From Anaerolineales bacterium (GTDB taxonomy: Bacteria > Chloroflexota > Anaerolineae > Anaerolineales > Villigracilaceae): a stretch of DNA of 64,000 bases. The translations under genes were made by a program, and so were the position numbers. The notes beneath the pieces were generated by a model. The model searched no databases, was not told where the DNA came from, and saw only the letters and a program-made list of their open reading frames with translations. The stretch is from NCBI GenBank assembly GCA_014379595.1, contig JACMLM010000011.1:29062-93061 (forward strand). The letters run 5' to 3'. Position 1 is the stretch's first letter; each line of letters starts with the position of its first letter. Below, in pieces: positions 8,678 through 17,362 of this stretch.

Positions 8678-9838
8678 TTATTCCTCATTCTTTTCAGAAA
8701 TATGTATGTTCATTTCAATCAATGTTTTGGCAATTGCAGACCCTAGCGCTTTTACATCTGCAAGCCCAAGTCGCCCGATATGACCAACGCGAAAACAATC
8801 TGCACGAGTCAATTTGCCGGGATAGATCACATGACCCTTATCGCTTAAGCGTTCATAAAATTGCTGAAAATTAAAATTGGGATGCTCGGGATAATAAAAG
8901 GATGTGATGATATATCCCTGATCTTCGGGCTTAAGATAAGCCTGAAATCCCATTTCTTGCATCGCCGAGAGTGTCGCTTCATAGTTTTTTTTATAACGAG
9001 CGCCGCGAGCCACGACTCCGCCCTCCTGCTCCAATTCGATCAACGCCTGATGAAAAGCCAGAATCGAATGTGTGGGTGGAGTAAAACGGAATTGTCCGTC
9101 ACCTTCGAGGCCTTCCCATTGCGCAAACAGATCAAGGCTGAGAGTGCGAGCCAAGCCTTTTGCTGCAAGGAGCGCCTCTTTATGGGCAAGTACAAAAGAA
9201 AAGCCCGGAACGCCTTCAATATTTTTATTGGACGAAGAAATTAAAAAATCAATTCCACAGGCTTTCATATCAACAGGGTAAGCGCCAAAACTGCTCATTG
9301 CATCTACAATGTATACGCACTTATGTGCCTTGACAATCTTTCCATACTCTTCAATCGGATTGATGATGCCTGTTGTTGTTTCGCAATGAATTGCGGCAAC
9401 ATGCGTGATGGCCGAATCAGATTGAAGTGCCTGCTCAAGCACTTGAATATCTGGCTGGGTATTTTCAGCAAAAGTTAATTCAGTTGCAGGAATGTGATGG
9501 ATATTGGCAATTTTTAATAATCGTTTTCCGTACGCGCCATTAATTAGAATAAGTAATTTTCCATCTGAAGGAATCACAGAGGAAAGCGTTGCTTCAATTC
9601 CAAAAGTACCGCTGCCCTGCATCAAAATAGAAGTATAGTCATCAGAGTCACTGCCCAGTGTAACTAATCTCTGACGCACATCTTTTACAATGTTGATAAA
9701 CTCAGCATCACGCGAGCCAAGGTCACGAAGCATAGCCTGCTTGACAGTTCGGCTGGTGGTCAATGGACCGGGTGTAAATAACGCCTTATCTTTCCATGAG
9801 GATAATTGACTTGAGAGTACATCCAATCCTAAAAACAT
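8678..9838 (-). CDS. phnW: 2-aminoethylphosphonate--pyruvate transaminase
   Basis: Class V aminotransferase. [10 protein letters not shown]-terminus and PLP-lysine region [15 protein letters not shown] are typical of PhnW. Directly upstream of phnX. Confidence 0.9.
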   Translation of the reverse strand: MFLGLDVLSSQLSSWKDKALFTPGPLTTSRTVKQAMLRDLGSRDAEFINIVKDVRQRLVTLGSDSDDYTSILMQGSGTFGIEATLSSVIPSDGKLLILINGAYGKRLLKIANIHHIPATELTFAENTQPDIQVLEQALQSDSAITHVAAIHCETTTGIINPIEEYGKIVKAHKCVYIVDAMSSFGAYPVDMKACGIDFLISSSNKNIEGVPGFSFVLAHKEALLAAKGLARTLSLDLFAQWEGLEGDGQFRFTPPTHSILAFHQALIELEQEGGVVARGARYKKNYEATLSAMQEMGFQAYLKPEDQGYIITSFYYPEHPNFNFQQFYERLSDKGHVIYPGKLTRADCFRVGHIGRLGLADVKALGSAIAKTLIEMNIHISEKNEE

Positions 9839-9849
9839 AATTTCACCTC

Positions 9850-10902
9850 TTATATCAACCAGCAGGCATCCGCATCGAAGTTAACCTGAAATATATCTCC
9901 CACTGCTGGCATTTTTAATTTCCGTTCATTGAACATATCCATGGATATTAATTGACCCTCAACATCAATGCGGACGCGAATGATGGAACCGAGATAGGTG
10001 ATCGAATCCACTTTACCAGTCAAGTTATTCGCGCCTTCCAGATAACCTGGGTTTAACTCCTCAGGACGAATTGCTAGTCGAACTGCGTGTGCGCCATCTG
10101 CACGATTTAAGGCGCGGCTGGTTCTCACAGGCTGCTGCCCAACTTTTACCAAGCCTTCTGGTGGATTAATAACATCAACTGGCAATAAGTTAATCTGCCC
10201 GACAAATTTAGCAACAAACTCAGTTGCAGGATATGTATAAATTTCAGATGGTGTTCCAACTTGTTCCATTCGTCCCTGACTCATCACCACCACACGGTCC
10301 GAAAGAGAAAGTGCCTCTTCTTGGTCATGGGTTACATAAATCGTAGTGATACCCAACTGCTGTTGAATACGACGAATCTCTTGTCGCAGTTCAACACGGA
10401 TTTTGGCATCCAACGCGGAGAGAGGCTCATCGAGTAATAGTATTTGTGGGCGAATTGCCAGAGCACGCACTAAAGCAACTCTTTGTTGCTGGCCGCCTGA
10501 GAGTTGATATGGATAGCGCTCGCGAAAGTTTTCCAAATGGATCAGATCGAGCATTTCGTCTACACGTTTGTTAATCTCTGTTTTGGATTTCCCAACCACC
10601 TTTAAACCATAACCGATGTTGTCAGCAATAGTCATATTCGGGAATAAAGCATAAGACTGAAAAACCATTCCAACGTTACGTTTATTAGGCGGTACATAGG
10701 TCAAATCCTGATCGGCGATTGTGATCTTTCCTGAGGTAGGCAATTCAAATCCCGCGATCATTCTCAAGGTTGTCGTTTTTCCGCATCCGCTTGGGCCGAG
10801 GAAAGACACAAACTCGCCCTGTTCAGCACTTAAGTTGAAATCATCCACAGCGGGCATATCTGCAAAGGTTTTATTGACGTGAGTAAGTTTAAGGAAAGAC
10901 AT
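9850..10902 (-). CDS. ABC transporter ATP-binding protein (putative AEP importer 2)
   Basis: [29 protein letters not shown]. Clear paralog of 520..1581. Confidence 0.85.
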   Translation of the reverse strand: MSFLKLTHVNKTFADMPAVDDFNLSAEQGEFVSFLGPSGCGKTTTLRMIAGFELPTSGKITIADQDLTYVPPNKRNVGMVFQSYALFPNMTIADNIGYGLKVVGKSKTEINKRVDEMLDLIHLENFRERYPYQLSGGQQQRVALVRALAIRPQILLLDEPLSALDAKIRVELRQEIRRIQQQLGITTIYVTHDQEEALSLSDRVVVMSQGRMEQVGTPSEIYTYPATEFVAKFVGQINLLPVDVINPPEGLVKVGQQPVRTSRALNRADGAHAVRLAIRPEELNPGYLEGANNLTGKVDSITYLGSIIRVRIDVEGQLISMDMFNERKLKMPAVGDIFQVNFDADACWLI

Positions 10903-10929
10903 GAATTTACCTCGGGTATTGTATTTTTT

Positions 10930-11724
10930 CTAACGCCCAGTGAGTTGTTGACTGGTATCGCCGCGGCTAACCAACTGTATGAGGCCAAGACACACCCAGG
11001 TGAGTGCGAAACTCATGATGGTTAAAGCAGCAGGTTCAAAGGCCTTTGTTGTTCCGATGGAAGTCATATAAGGTCCGAGCGCCGGGCGAAATAAAAAGTC
11101 AGCGAGGATCAGTTCACCTATCACTGTAGCGAAGGTGATCAATGCCCCGCTCAGAAGCGCAATTCGCAGATTAGGTAAGATGACATTGACTAGGGTCTGA
11201 AACCAGTTTCCGCCAAGGCTTTGAGAGGCCTCAGTAAGTGTGCGCACGTCAATCGAACGCATACCTACATCAATGGCGCGGAACATGTAAGGCATGGAGA
11301 GAACCACGTAGCCGCCTATCATCAGAAAATCTGTCCCCGTTGCTGTTAAGGTCAACCGGAAAGGCGGGCGTCCAAATGTGCGGATCAAACCAAAGACATA
11401 GACGATCACCGGGATGATAAAAGGCAGGATGGTAATGATTTCGACCACAGGTCGTAGTTTTGGGAGTTTTAAATAGATCCAATAAGTGGTCGGCAGGAAA
11501 ATCAGGATGCTAATGATCACTGTAATAATGCCCATCGTGGCGGAGTATAGAAAACTTTCCACAAAGTTGGGGTCAGCCAAGACAATTTGATAGGCCCGCA
11601 AACTAATTATCCCCTTTTGCATACGGAGGGAAAAGTCAAGAGTGCCATACATTGGCACAAAGAAATAAAGTAGTGCGAGCGTGCCCCAAAACAAGCCCCA
11701 GAAGTTAAAGCGAGGAGTTTTCAT
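10930..11724 (-). CDS. ABC transporter permease
   Basis: The track ORF runs to 12009, but its first 95 codons overlap the upstream permease gene in another frame. The ATG at 11724 (MKTPRFNFWGLF...) gives an ATGA overlap with the upstream stop and matches the paralog at 1603..2433. Confidence 0.8.
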   Translation of the reverse strand: MKTPRFNFWGLFWGTLALLYFFVPMYGTLDFSLRMQKGIISLRAYQIVLADPNFVESFLYSATMGIITVIISILIFLPTTYWIYLKLPKLRPVVEIITILPFIIPVIVYVFGLIRTFGRPPFRLTLTATGTDFLMIGGYVVLSMPYMFRAIDVGMRSIDVRTLTEASQSLGGNWFQTLVNVILPNLRIALLSGALITFATVIGELILADFLFRPALGPYMTSIGTTKAFEPAALTIMSFALTWVCLGLIQLVSRGDTSQQLTGR

Positions 11725-12692
11725 GATTTCAACCACCGCGCTGTGCGACGCTGTAAAATTGTGTATCCCGTTATCGTAATACTCATAATGACAACCATCC
11801 CCAGTGCAAGTGCATATCCTAAATTCGGATTTCCTAGTACATCCCCGCGAATTTGTTGGCCAATTAATATAGTTACCAAATAAATACTTCCGCCGGTTAA
11901 TGCCTGGGCAGTTGCGTATGCGCCAAAAGCACTGCCAAATAACAAAAGCCCTGCACCAAGAATGGATGGCCACAGGACGGGAAAAGCGACATATCGCCAA
12001 TACTGCCACGAGCTGGCTCCCAAATTATCTGAGGCTTCGCGCCAGTCTCGCTTGAGACCTTCCAATGCAGGTGTGATAATTAAAACCATCAAGGGAAACT
12101 CAAAATAGGTATAGGCCAACGTGAGTCCAAGAACACCATAGAGAGTGAAACCGTTGTCATAGATATCAAGCGGGCAGGATTGGACACCTGCCGCGTTTGA
12201 AAAACAAATATTCTTGAGGATTGCCGTGATCAGTCCGGTGCGGCCTATCGTAGCGATAAAGGCAAAGGCCAATGGCACACCTCCAAAATTGGCGGCCAGC
12301 CCCGAGAACGTCATCAAGATATTACGCATCCATTTGGGGGCCTTGCCAATCGTAATGGCATAGGCAACGAAGAAACCAAAAACACTGCCAACCAGCGAGG
12401 TAATGACACTCACCTGCAAACTGACTGAATAGGCTTTGAGAATCGCCGGGTCTTTTAAACCGATAATATTGTCAAACGTAAAATTCCCGTTCAAGTCTCT
12501 AAATGCGCCAATAAATAAATTCATGGAAGGCAGAATCAAAAAAACAATGATAAAGATAAAAAATGGAATAACGCCGATCCAATTTCCAAGGACGTCTAAA
12601 ATTTTGGCTCTTCTTGAAACCTGCTGAGTTTGAGAATTTTCCATTGCTGCCCTTTCAACTGAGAATGGCGTGGCCCAGTTTACCTGAGCCAC
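11721..12692 (-). CDS. ABC transporter permease
   Basis: Paralog of 2430..3329 with an EAA loop REASDNLGASSWQYWRYVAFPVLWP. The start could be the internal Met (MENSQ...). Confidence 0.8.
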   Translation of the reverse strand: MAQVNWATPFSVERAAMENSQTQQVSRRAKILDVLGNWIGVIPFFIFIIVFLILPSMNLFIGAFRDLNGNFTFDNIIGLKDPAILKAYSVSLQVSVITSLVGSVFGFFVAYAITIGKAPKWMRNILMTFSGLAANFGGVPLAFAFIATIGRTGLITAILKNICFSNAAGVQSCPLDIYDNGFTLYGVLGLTLAYTYFEFPLMVLIITPALEGLKRDWREASDNLGASSWQYWRYVAFPVLWPSILGAGLLLFGSAFGAYATAQALTGGSIYLVTILIGQQIRGDVLGNPNLGYALALGMVVIMSITITGYTILQRRTARWLKS

Positions 12693-12732
12693 GCCACAAA
12701 TCAGAAAATCTTATTGAATGAACCCAATACTC

Positions 12733-13878
12733 TTACTTGATGTCAAGACCAACAACCGAGTCCCATTGTTCCTTGATGGCTTCACGGGCGGCACTGAGCT
12801 GGTCACCACTTGGCACGGTCGAGGCAATAAGCAGGGCAGGATCAGGAAGCTTCGCCTTCAGTTCATCAGAAAGCACGTTGCGGGCATTCAAATCTGCGAG
12901 GCGGGCGGGAGCGCAATATCCCTCGACCCATATTGCCTGACCTTCGTCAGAATAAAGGAATTCTTCCCATAAACGGGCAGCTGCCGGGTGCGGAGCATAG
13001 GCGCTGATGGCCTGATAGTAATAGCCACCCCAGTTTACGTCGGAAGGATATATGATCTCAATGTTCGGGTTGCCGGCAAAACTGTCTTTGTTGGCATAGG
13101 CGTTCCAACTCCACTGGAAGGTAATAGGGGTTTCACCCTTACCAATTACGCCGGAGTCAGCAATCAATGGCAGAAGGATACCCTTTTCATTCAATTGCTT
13201 AAAGAATTCCAAACCAGGTGTAATGTCATCGAGGCTGCCACCATTGGCGAGAGAGGCTGCATACACGGACTGGGCAGCCTGATTGGAGGCGCGAGGATCA
13301 CCAGCAAGTGCAACCTGGCCTTTGTACTTCTCATCGTTCAAGTCAGCATAGCTGGTGGGAATGTCACTCACAACATCGGTATTGACTTCAAGAACCATCA
13401 CACCACTGTAATCCACATAATAGTATCCATCGGGATCATTTGTACCTTCAATTGTGTCCCAAGTTTCAACTTTATACGGAGTGATCAAGCCTTGTTCTTT
13501 GGCGAGAGGACCATAAGCAGGACCAATATCAATTACATCAGGAGCCTGTGGACCTTTGTTCTCTTTGTTGTCAATAATGGCCTGAATTTCATCAGCAGAA
13601 CCACCATCAGGGTTGAGGGAATTAACCTTAATGCCGTATTTCGCAGCGAAGGTATCCATCATTTCGCCATAGTTGCACCAATCAACAGGCAAAGTAATGA
13701 CGTTAAGCTCACCTTCAGCCTTGGCAGCTGCGATTAAAGCATCCATGCCGCCACCATCTGCGGCAGATTTTACAACTGACCAGTCACTAGCTGCAGGTGA
13801 AGCAGGCGTACCACAAGCGGCAAGCACGAGACTTGTTGTGATCAGAACGAACAAAATAGTACGAACAATCTTTGACAT
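12733..13878 (-). CDS. ABC transporter solute-binding lipoprotein (PotD/PhnS-like)
   Basis: Signal peptide with lipobox LAAC-G and a PotD-like body. First gene of the operon that ends with phnW-phnX and the NPP-like gene. Confidence 0.85.
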   Translation of the reverse strand: MSKIVRTILFVLITTSLVLAACGTPASPAASDWSVVKSAADGGGMDALIAAAKAEGELNVITLPVDWCNYGEMMDTFAAKYGIKVNSLNPDGGSADEIQAIIDNKENKGPQAPDVIDIGPAYGPLAKEQGLITPYKVETWDTIEGTNDPDGYYYVDYSGVMVLEVNTDVVSDIPTSYADLNDEKYKGQVALAGDPRASNQAAQSVYAASLANGGSLDDITPGLEFFKQLNEKGILLPLIADSGVIGKGETPITFQWSWNAYANKDSFAGNPNIEIIYPSDVNWGGYYYQAISAYAPHPAAARLWEEFLYSDEGQAIWVEGYCAPARLADLNARNVLSDELKAKLPDPALLIASTVPSGDQLSAAREAIKEQWDSVVGLDIK

Positions 13879-13949
13879 TTCTTTTCTCCTTTTTGAATTT
13901 TATACTTCCGCATAATAGCAAACTGGCATTAATGTCAACAAAAGGATTA

Positions 13950-13961
13950 GTTAACGTTTAA
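13950..13961. promoter_or_regulatory. Candidate operator upstream of ABC importer 2 (GTTAACGTTTAA)
   Basis: Shares the CGTTAAC core with 4686..4701 and sits at a similar distance from the SBP start codon. Confidence 0.2.
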
Positions 13962-14144
13962 TTAAATTATCAATTTACATTTCGAATAAAACTACAGAAA
14001 CTATTATATAGATCCATCTGAAGAATAATTTAACCAATCTATAACATCACCTTAACCCTCTTTCTTCCTTTTTGTAGAATAATGCAAGTAGATATTGATT
14101 GTATTTATCAAATTTAAAATTAAATGTTGATGGTTTTTATTCAA

Positions 14145-14183
14145 GAATGAAATGTTTAAATTCAACATTTAAATATTTCATTC
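14145..14183. promoter_or_regulatory. 17-bp inverted repeat in AT-rich intergenic region (candidate operator)
   Basis: GAATGAAATGTTTAAAT-tcaac-ATTTAAATATTTCATTC: 16 of 17 arm positions are complementary. Confidence 0.3.
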
Positions 14184-14209
14184 CATAAGGAAAAATAATT
14201 ATTCCAAAT

Positions 14210-14245
14210 AGAAAATACAGATTTCAATCTGGAATAATTATTTAA
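14210..14245 (+). other. Possible fourth, strongly AT-drifted PfpI 3'-end trace
   Basis: Shares the exact 12-mer CAGATTTCAATC with resident pfpI (nt 380-391). About 22 of 33 aligned positions match by hand. Confidence 0.3.
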
Positions 14246-14318
14246 CATTTTAAACAACTAGAGATGAGATAGTAAAACAAATTCACTATTAAAAATTTCA
14301 TTTCTACAAGGAGAAATA

Positions 14319-14636
14319 ATGGCAAAATCATTCCCCGAACTACTCGCCTCAGTCCGTCAGATGCTGGTCGGACTGGAAGCAAACGCAGAGGACGTCGCTG
14401 TACGCGGCGCGACCCCTGCTTTCACAAAGAACGGTCAAAGCCTGCTAGACAGTGTGCATGCCCTTGAAGCTGAGCAAGACTCTCTAAAAGCCGCACTAAA
14501 AACCAAGACTGCTGCCTTGGATATTACGATTGCTCAGTTAAAAACGTGGCAATCCGAAGCCAATAGCGCCGTCAAACTAACCTATCGTGATCAGCAGGAA
14601 AAATGGGTCGAGTTCGGTATTAAAGCCAAGAAATAA
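14319..14636 (+). CDS. Hypothetical small alpha-helical (coiled-coil-like) protein
   Basis: 105-aa ORF with a good SD (AAGGAGAAATAATG), followed by a strong terminator. I recognise no family. Confidence 0.5.
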   Translation: MAKSFPELLASVRQMLVGLEANAEDVAVRGATPAFTKNGQSLLDSVHALEAEQDSLKAALKTKTAALDITIAQLKTWQSEANSAVKLTYRDQQEKWVEFGIKAKK

Positions 14637-14663
14637 CTTTGATTTAGTAAATGTCCACCTATT

Positions 14664-14710
14664 AAAACCACAGATACCCTTAAAACATCGAGGGTATCTG
14701 TGGTTTTTTT
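14664..14710. terminator. Bidirectional intrinsic terminator
   Basis: AAAA-CCACAGATACCCT-taaaacatcg-AGGGTATCTGTGG-TTTTTTT: 13-bp perfect stem between convergent genes. Confidence 0.8.
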
Positions 14711-14745
14711 GTATTGTGCAGTTTCTAAGCTATCAACACATGAAA

Positions 14746-16182
14746 CTAAGCAATAGGCAAAAGTTCACCTGCAACCATGCCCGGGAATTCAGCGCGAAGC
14801 TTTTCTTCAATTTCGGGAGAGAGCAAAGGAGTTGTATTACTTGCCATGATATCTTTCACTCGCTTCATTGCTTTTGTTTGAATATCAGTTGAACCTTTCT
14901 TTACCCAAACTGTTCGCGCATCGCGGTCTGCCAACTTCGTCATCACAGCCTCGGTCTTCATACGGGCGATGGTATGTTTGGCAACAATAAACGAACCGCC
15001 TGGACCAACTTGTTTGATTAAATCAAGTGCCAGGTCTTCTTCATTAAATGAGATACCATGCTTGACACGCTTCATCATCTGCGCCACTTCATCATCGATC
15101 ACGGCTTTTGCAAAGTCAAAGGTTGTCAACGCATCGATCAAACCGCCAATGTTGAACATATCCATGCCGCCTACTGTACCGCCCATTGCAGACATGCCTG
15201 TTTCATATCCTGCTTGCGCATCATTTAATTTTGAATTGGTCAGCCCAACATAACCTCCGCACGGCACGTTGTAAAAACGCGCCAGTTGAGCAAAAGCCAT
15301 ATGTAACATTCCGCATTCGATCGCGCCTGAAGTGTATGCACCAGAACGCATATCCGCCACAGTAGCAAGAGTGGCGTAGATCGTGGGTGTACCTTCCTTC
15401 ACCATTTGCATTAATGTTGCGGTTGCAAGAAATTCAGCATTGCCTTGTGCGAGAGTCCCAGCCATAGACATAGGTGAAGTGAGTCCTGCATTCGGCACAA
15501 TGGTTGGGTAAACAGGCAAACCCTCACTCGCAAAATAAATCACATTCTCAGCTGAAAGTTTATCCATAGACAGCGGTGAAACAGTAGGGCAATAATGATG
15601 TGTGAGGAATGGATGTTCCTTGTACGCTTCCTCCCCGCCTGCAACAATATACGCCATTTGCATCATGGCAAGTGTGTCTTTGTGATCTGTAGTGGTGACA
15701 CGGATCGGTTTGAGACAATACTTGAGAGCCGGATACAACCTCGAGATTGTGAATTGATCCGCTGGTGCGTCTTCCGCCAAAGTGGAAATGGAAAACATGT
15801 CATAACCAGGCAATTCGTTGATGAGATGCGCGATCTGAGCGATATCACCTGACTCAGCGCGTCTTTCCACGCCTGTAACTGGGTCAATAATATTTGGAGC
15901 AGAACTCGCCGTTACAATGACCGGGCTATCCCGTGGAATCGTTTTATCAAATTTCGGGTCACGCGCGTGAAATGTAAAAGACGGCGCATACATCTTGCGA
16001 TATTTTTCGATCACCGCAGGCGGAAATTTAACACGCTCATCTTCTACAGAGCAGCCATGCTGTGCGAAAATTTCACGTGCAGGCTCATAACGAACCTTTA
16101 GACCAACCTCTTCAAGAATTTCAAGCGCAGCATCATGGATTCGTTGCACTTGTTCCTGGGTAAGAAGTTCTGCAAATGACAT
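14746..16182 (-). CDS. Trimethylamine methyltransferase (MttB) superfamily protein, non-pyrrolysine type (MtgB-like quaternary-amine methyltransferase)
   Basis: 478 aa with an MttB-family N-terminus (QVQRIHDAALEILEEVGLKV) and typical length. The ORF is uninterrupted, with no in-frame TAG. Confidence 0.8.
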   Translation of the reverse strand: MSFAELLTQEQVQRIHDAALEILEEVGLKVRYEPAREIFAQHGCSVEDERVKFPPAVIEKYRKMYAPSFTFHARDPKFDKTIPRDSPVIVTASSAPNIIDPVTGVERRAESGDIAQIAHLINELPGYDMFSISTLAEDAPADQFTISRLYPALKYCLKPIRVTTTDHKDTLAMMQMAYIVAGGEEAYKEHPFLTHHYCPTVSPLSMDKLSAENVIYFASEGLPVYPTIVPNAGLTSPMSMAGTLAQGNAEFLATATLMQMVKEGTPTIYATLATVADMRSGAYTSGAIECGMLHMAFAQLARFYNVPCGGYVGLTNSKLNDAQAGYETGMSAMGGTVGGMDMFNIGGLIDALTTFDFAKAVIDDEVAQMMKRVKHGISFNEEDLALDLIKQVGPGGSFIVAKHTIARMKTEAVMTKLADRDARTVWVKKGSTDIQTKAMKRVKDIMASNTTPLLSPEIEEKLRAEFPGMVAGELLPIA

Positions 16183-16243
16183 GGGTCACATCCTTTTTTA
16201 ATTTGTTAATGCGAGGAGCGATCTCCGCAACAATGACGATCCT

Positions 16244-17362
16244 CTACTCAACCAATGATTTCTTGATCTTTCTTCTTTGCTGCGGTTTCTTTTTCAATAA
16301 AAGTTTTGCAGCAAATTCTCGGCCTTCTTGTGCCAGCTTCCGTCCTTCTTTAAGAAATGGGTTATCAGCAAAACGATTTTCCTGTGGCAAGCGCAGAAAT
16401 TTCTTGATCGTGTAAAACTGGTCACCGCGATAGATCATATGCTGTACACGCAATTTGCCTGCTAATTCTTTGATCTGTTCGACGGGAAACATCTCCAAGC
16501 CTGAGTGTGTCACTTTCAAAGATGCAGCTGCAATCGCAAAGCAGACAGATTCTTCCATGCTCCAGCCTTTGAGGTAACCATAAATAAATCCGGATGAAAA
16601 AGTTGCACCCGCACCAGAGCCATCCACTGCTTTCACTTTAGGTGCATAGACCCGTACGATCTTTTCACCATCCACTACCAAACATCCTTGACTTGCCATG
16701 GTAATGATCGCAGTCTTGATACCAGCTTTAAATAGTTTTTTAGCAACAGAAAGCATAGCACGTTTTTTACCGATCTGCGCAGCATCTGTCACTGCCTGAC
16801 AAATCGTAGCGCGGCTTGCATATTTTGCCAATACATCAGAGTCTTTATGCCCATGCTCCAAATTAAGAAACACGGGTACATTTTGTTTTTTTGCTTCATC
16901 CATTGCACGAATAATATGATCACCGTCATACCAATCCACATAAAGAAGTTTTGACTTTTTAATGAGCGACAGATCAGCCGTATCGAGTGTGCTTAATATC
17001 TCAGGTGAACGCTGCCAGAAATATGTGCGTGCTCCTGTTTTATCAGATACATTCACTTCGATGGGCGTTCTATATTTTTTGGTAAAGCGCACCTTACCTT
17101 GCACGCCCCAATCCTTTAATCTCTTAGCTACATCATGACCAAGTAAATCATCACCAACCGATGTGCCGATCATCGCAGTGGGCACATCCCATTGACGAAG
17201 CGCACAGGCAATGATGGCAGCATCGTCATATATAAATTCGCTCACCTGATGAACAATTGCGCCCGTATTATGTCTCGGAAGTTTATCCAACGCCATAATA
17301 TAGACGGGAGTCAACATACCGAAACCTACATAAGCTGGAGTTGGTGTTTTGGAATTAGGCAC
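16244..17362 (-). CDS. PfkB-family carbohydrate/ribokinase-fold kinase with a basic C-terminal extension
   Basis: Ribokinase-like fold signature near the C-terminal third (VDGSGAGATFSSGFIYG). 8-nt overlap with the upstream gene. About 60 extra Lys/Arg-rich C-terminal residues. Confidence 0.65.
   Translation of the reverse strand: MPNSKTPTPAYVGFGMLTPVYIMALDKLPRHNTGAIVHQVSEFIYDDAAIIACALRQWDVPTAMIGTSVGDDLLGHDVAKRLKDWGVQGKVRFTKKYRTPIEVNVSDKTGARTYFWQRSPEILSTLDTADLSLIKKSKLLYVDWYDGDHIIRAMDEAKKQNVPVFLNLEHGHKDSDVLAKYASRATICQAVTDAAQIGKKRAMLSVAKKLFKAGIKTAIITMASQGCLVVDGEKIVRVYAPKVKAVDGSGAGATFSSGFIYGYLKGWSMEESVCFAIAAASLKVTHSGLEMFPVEQIKELAGKLRVQHMIYRGDQFYTIKKFLRLPQENRFADNPFLKEGRKLAQEGREFAAKLLLKKKPQQRRKIKKSLVE

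Noticed and set aside
11725-12009. N-terminal 95 codons of track ORF 10930..12009
   Set aside because: They overlap the upstream permease gene in another frame and are Cys/Arg/Trp-rich nonsense. The ATG at 11724 gives the ATGA coupling typical of this operon and matches the paralog.
12988-13737. 249-aa plus-strand ORF
   Set aside because: It is antisense to the SBP 2 gene, whose product has a signal peptide, a lipobox and a clear paralog. No RBS or domain supports the plus-strand ORF.
14746-16182. Pyrrolysine (in-frame TAG) in the MttB homolog
   Set aside because: The ORF is uninterrupted over its full 478 codons, and no pyl genes are nearby. It is a non-Pyl family member.
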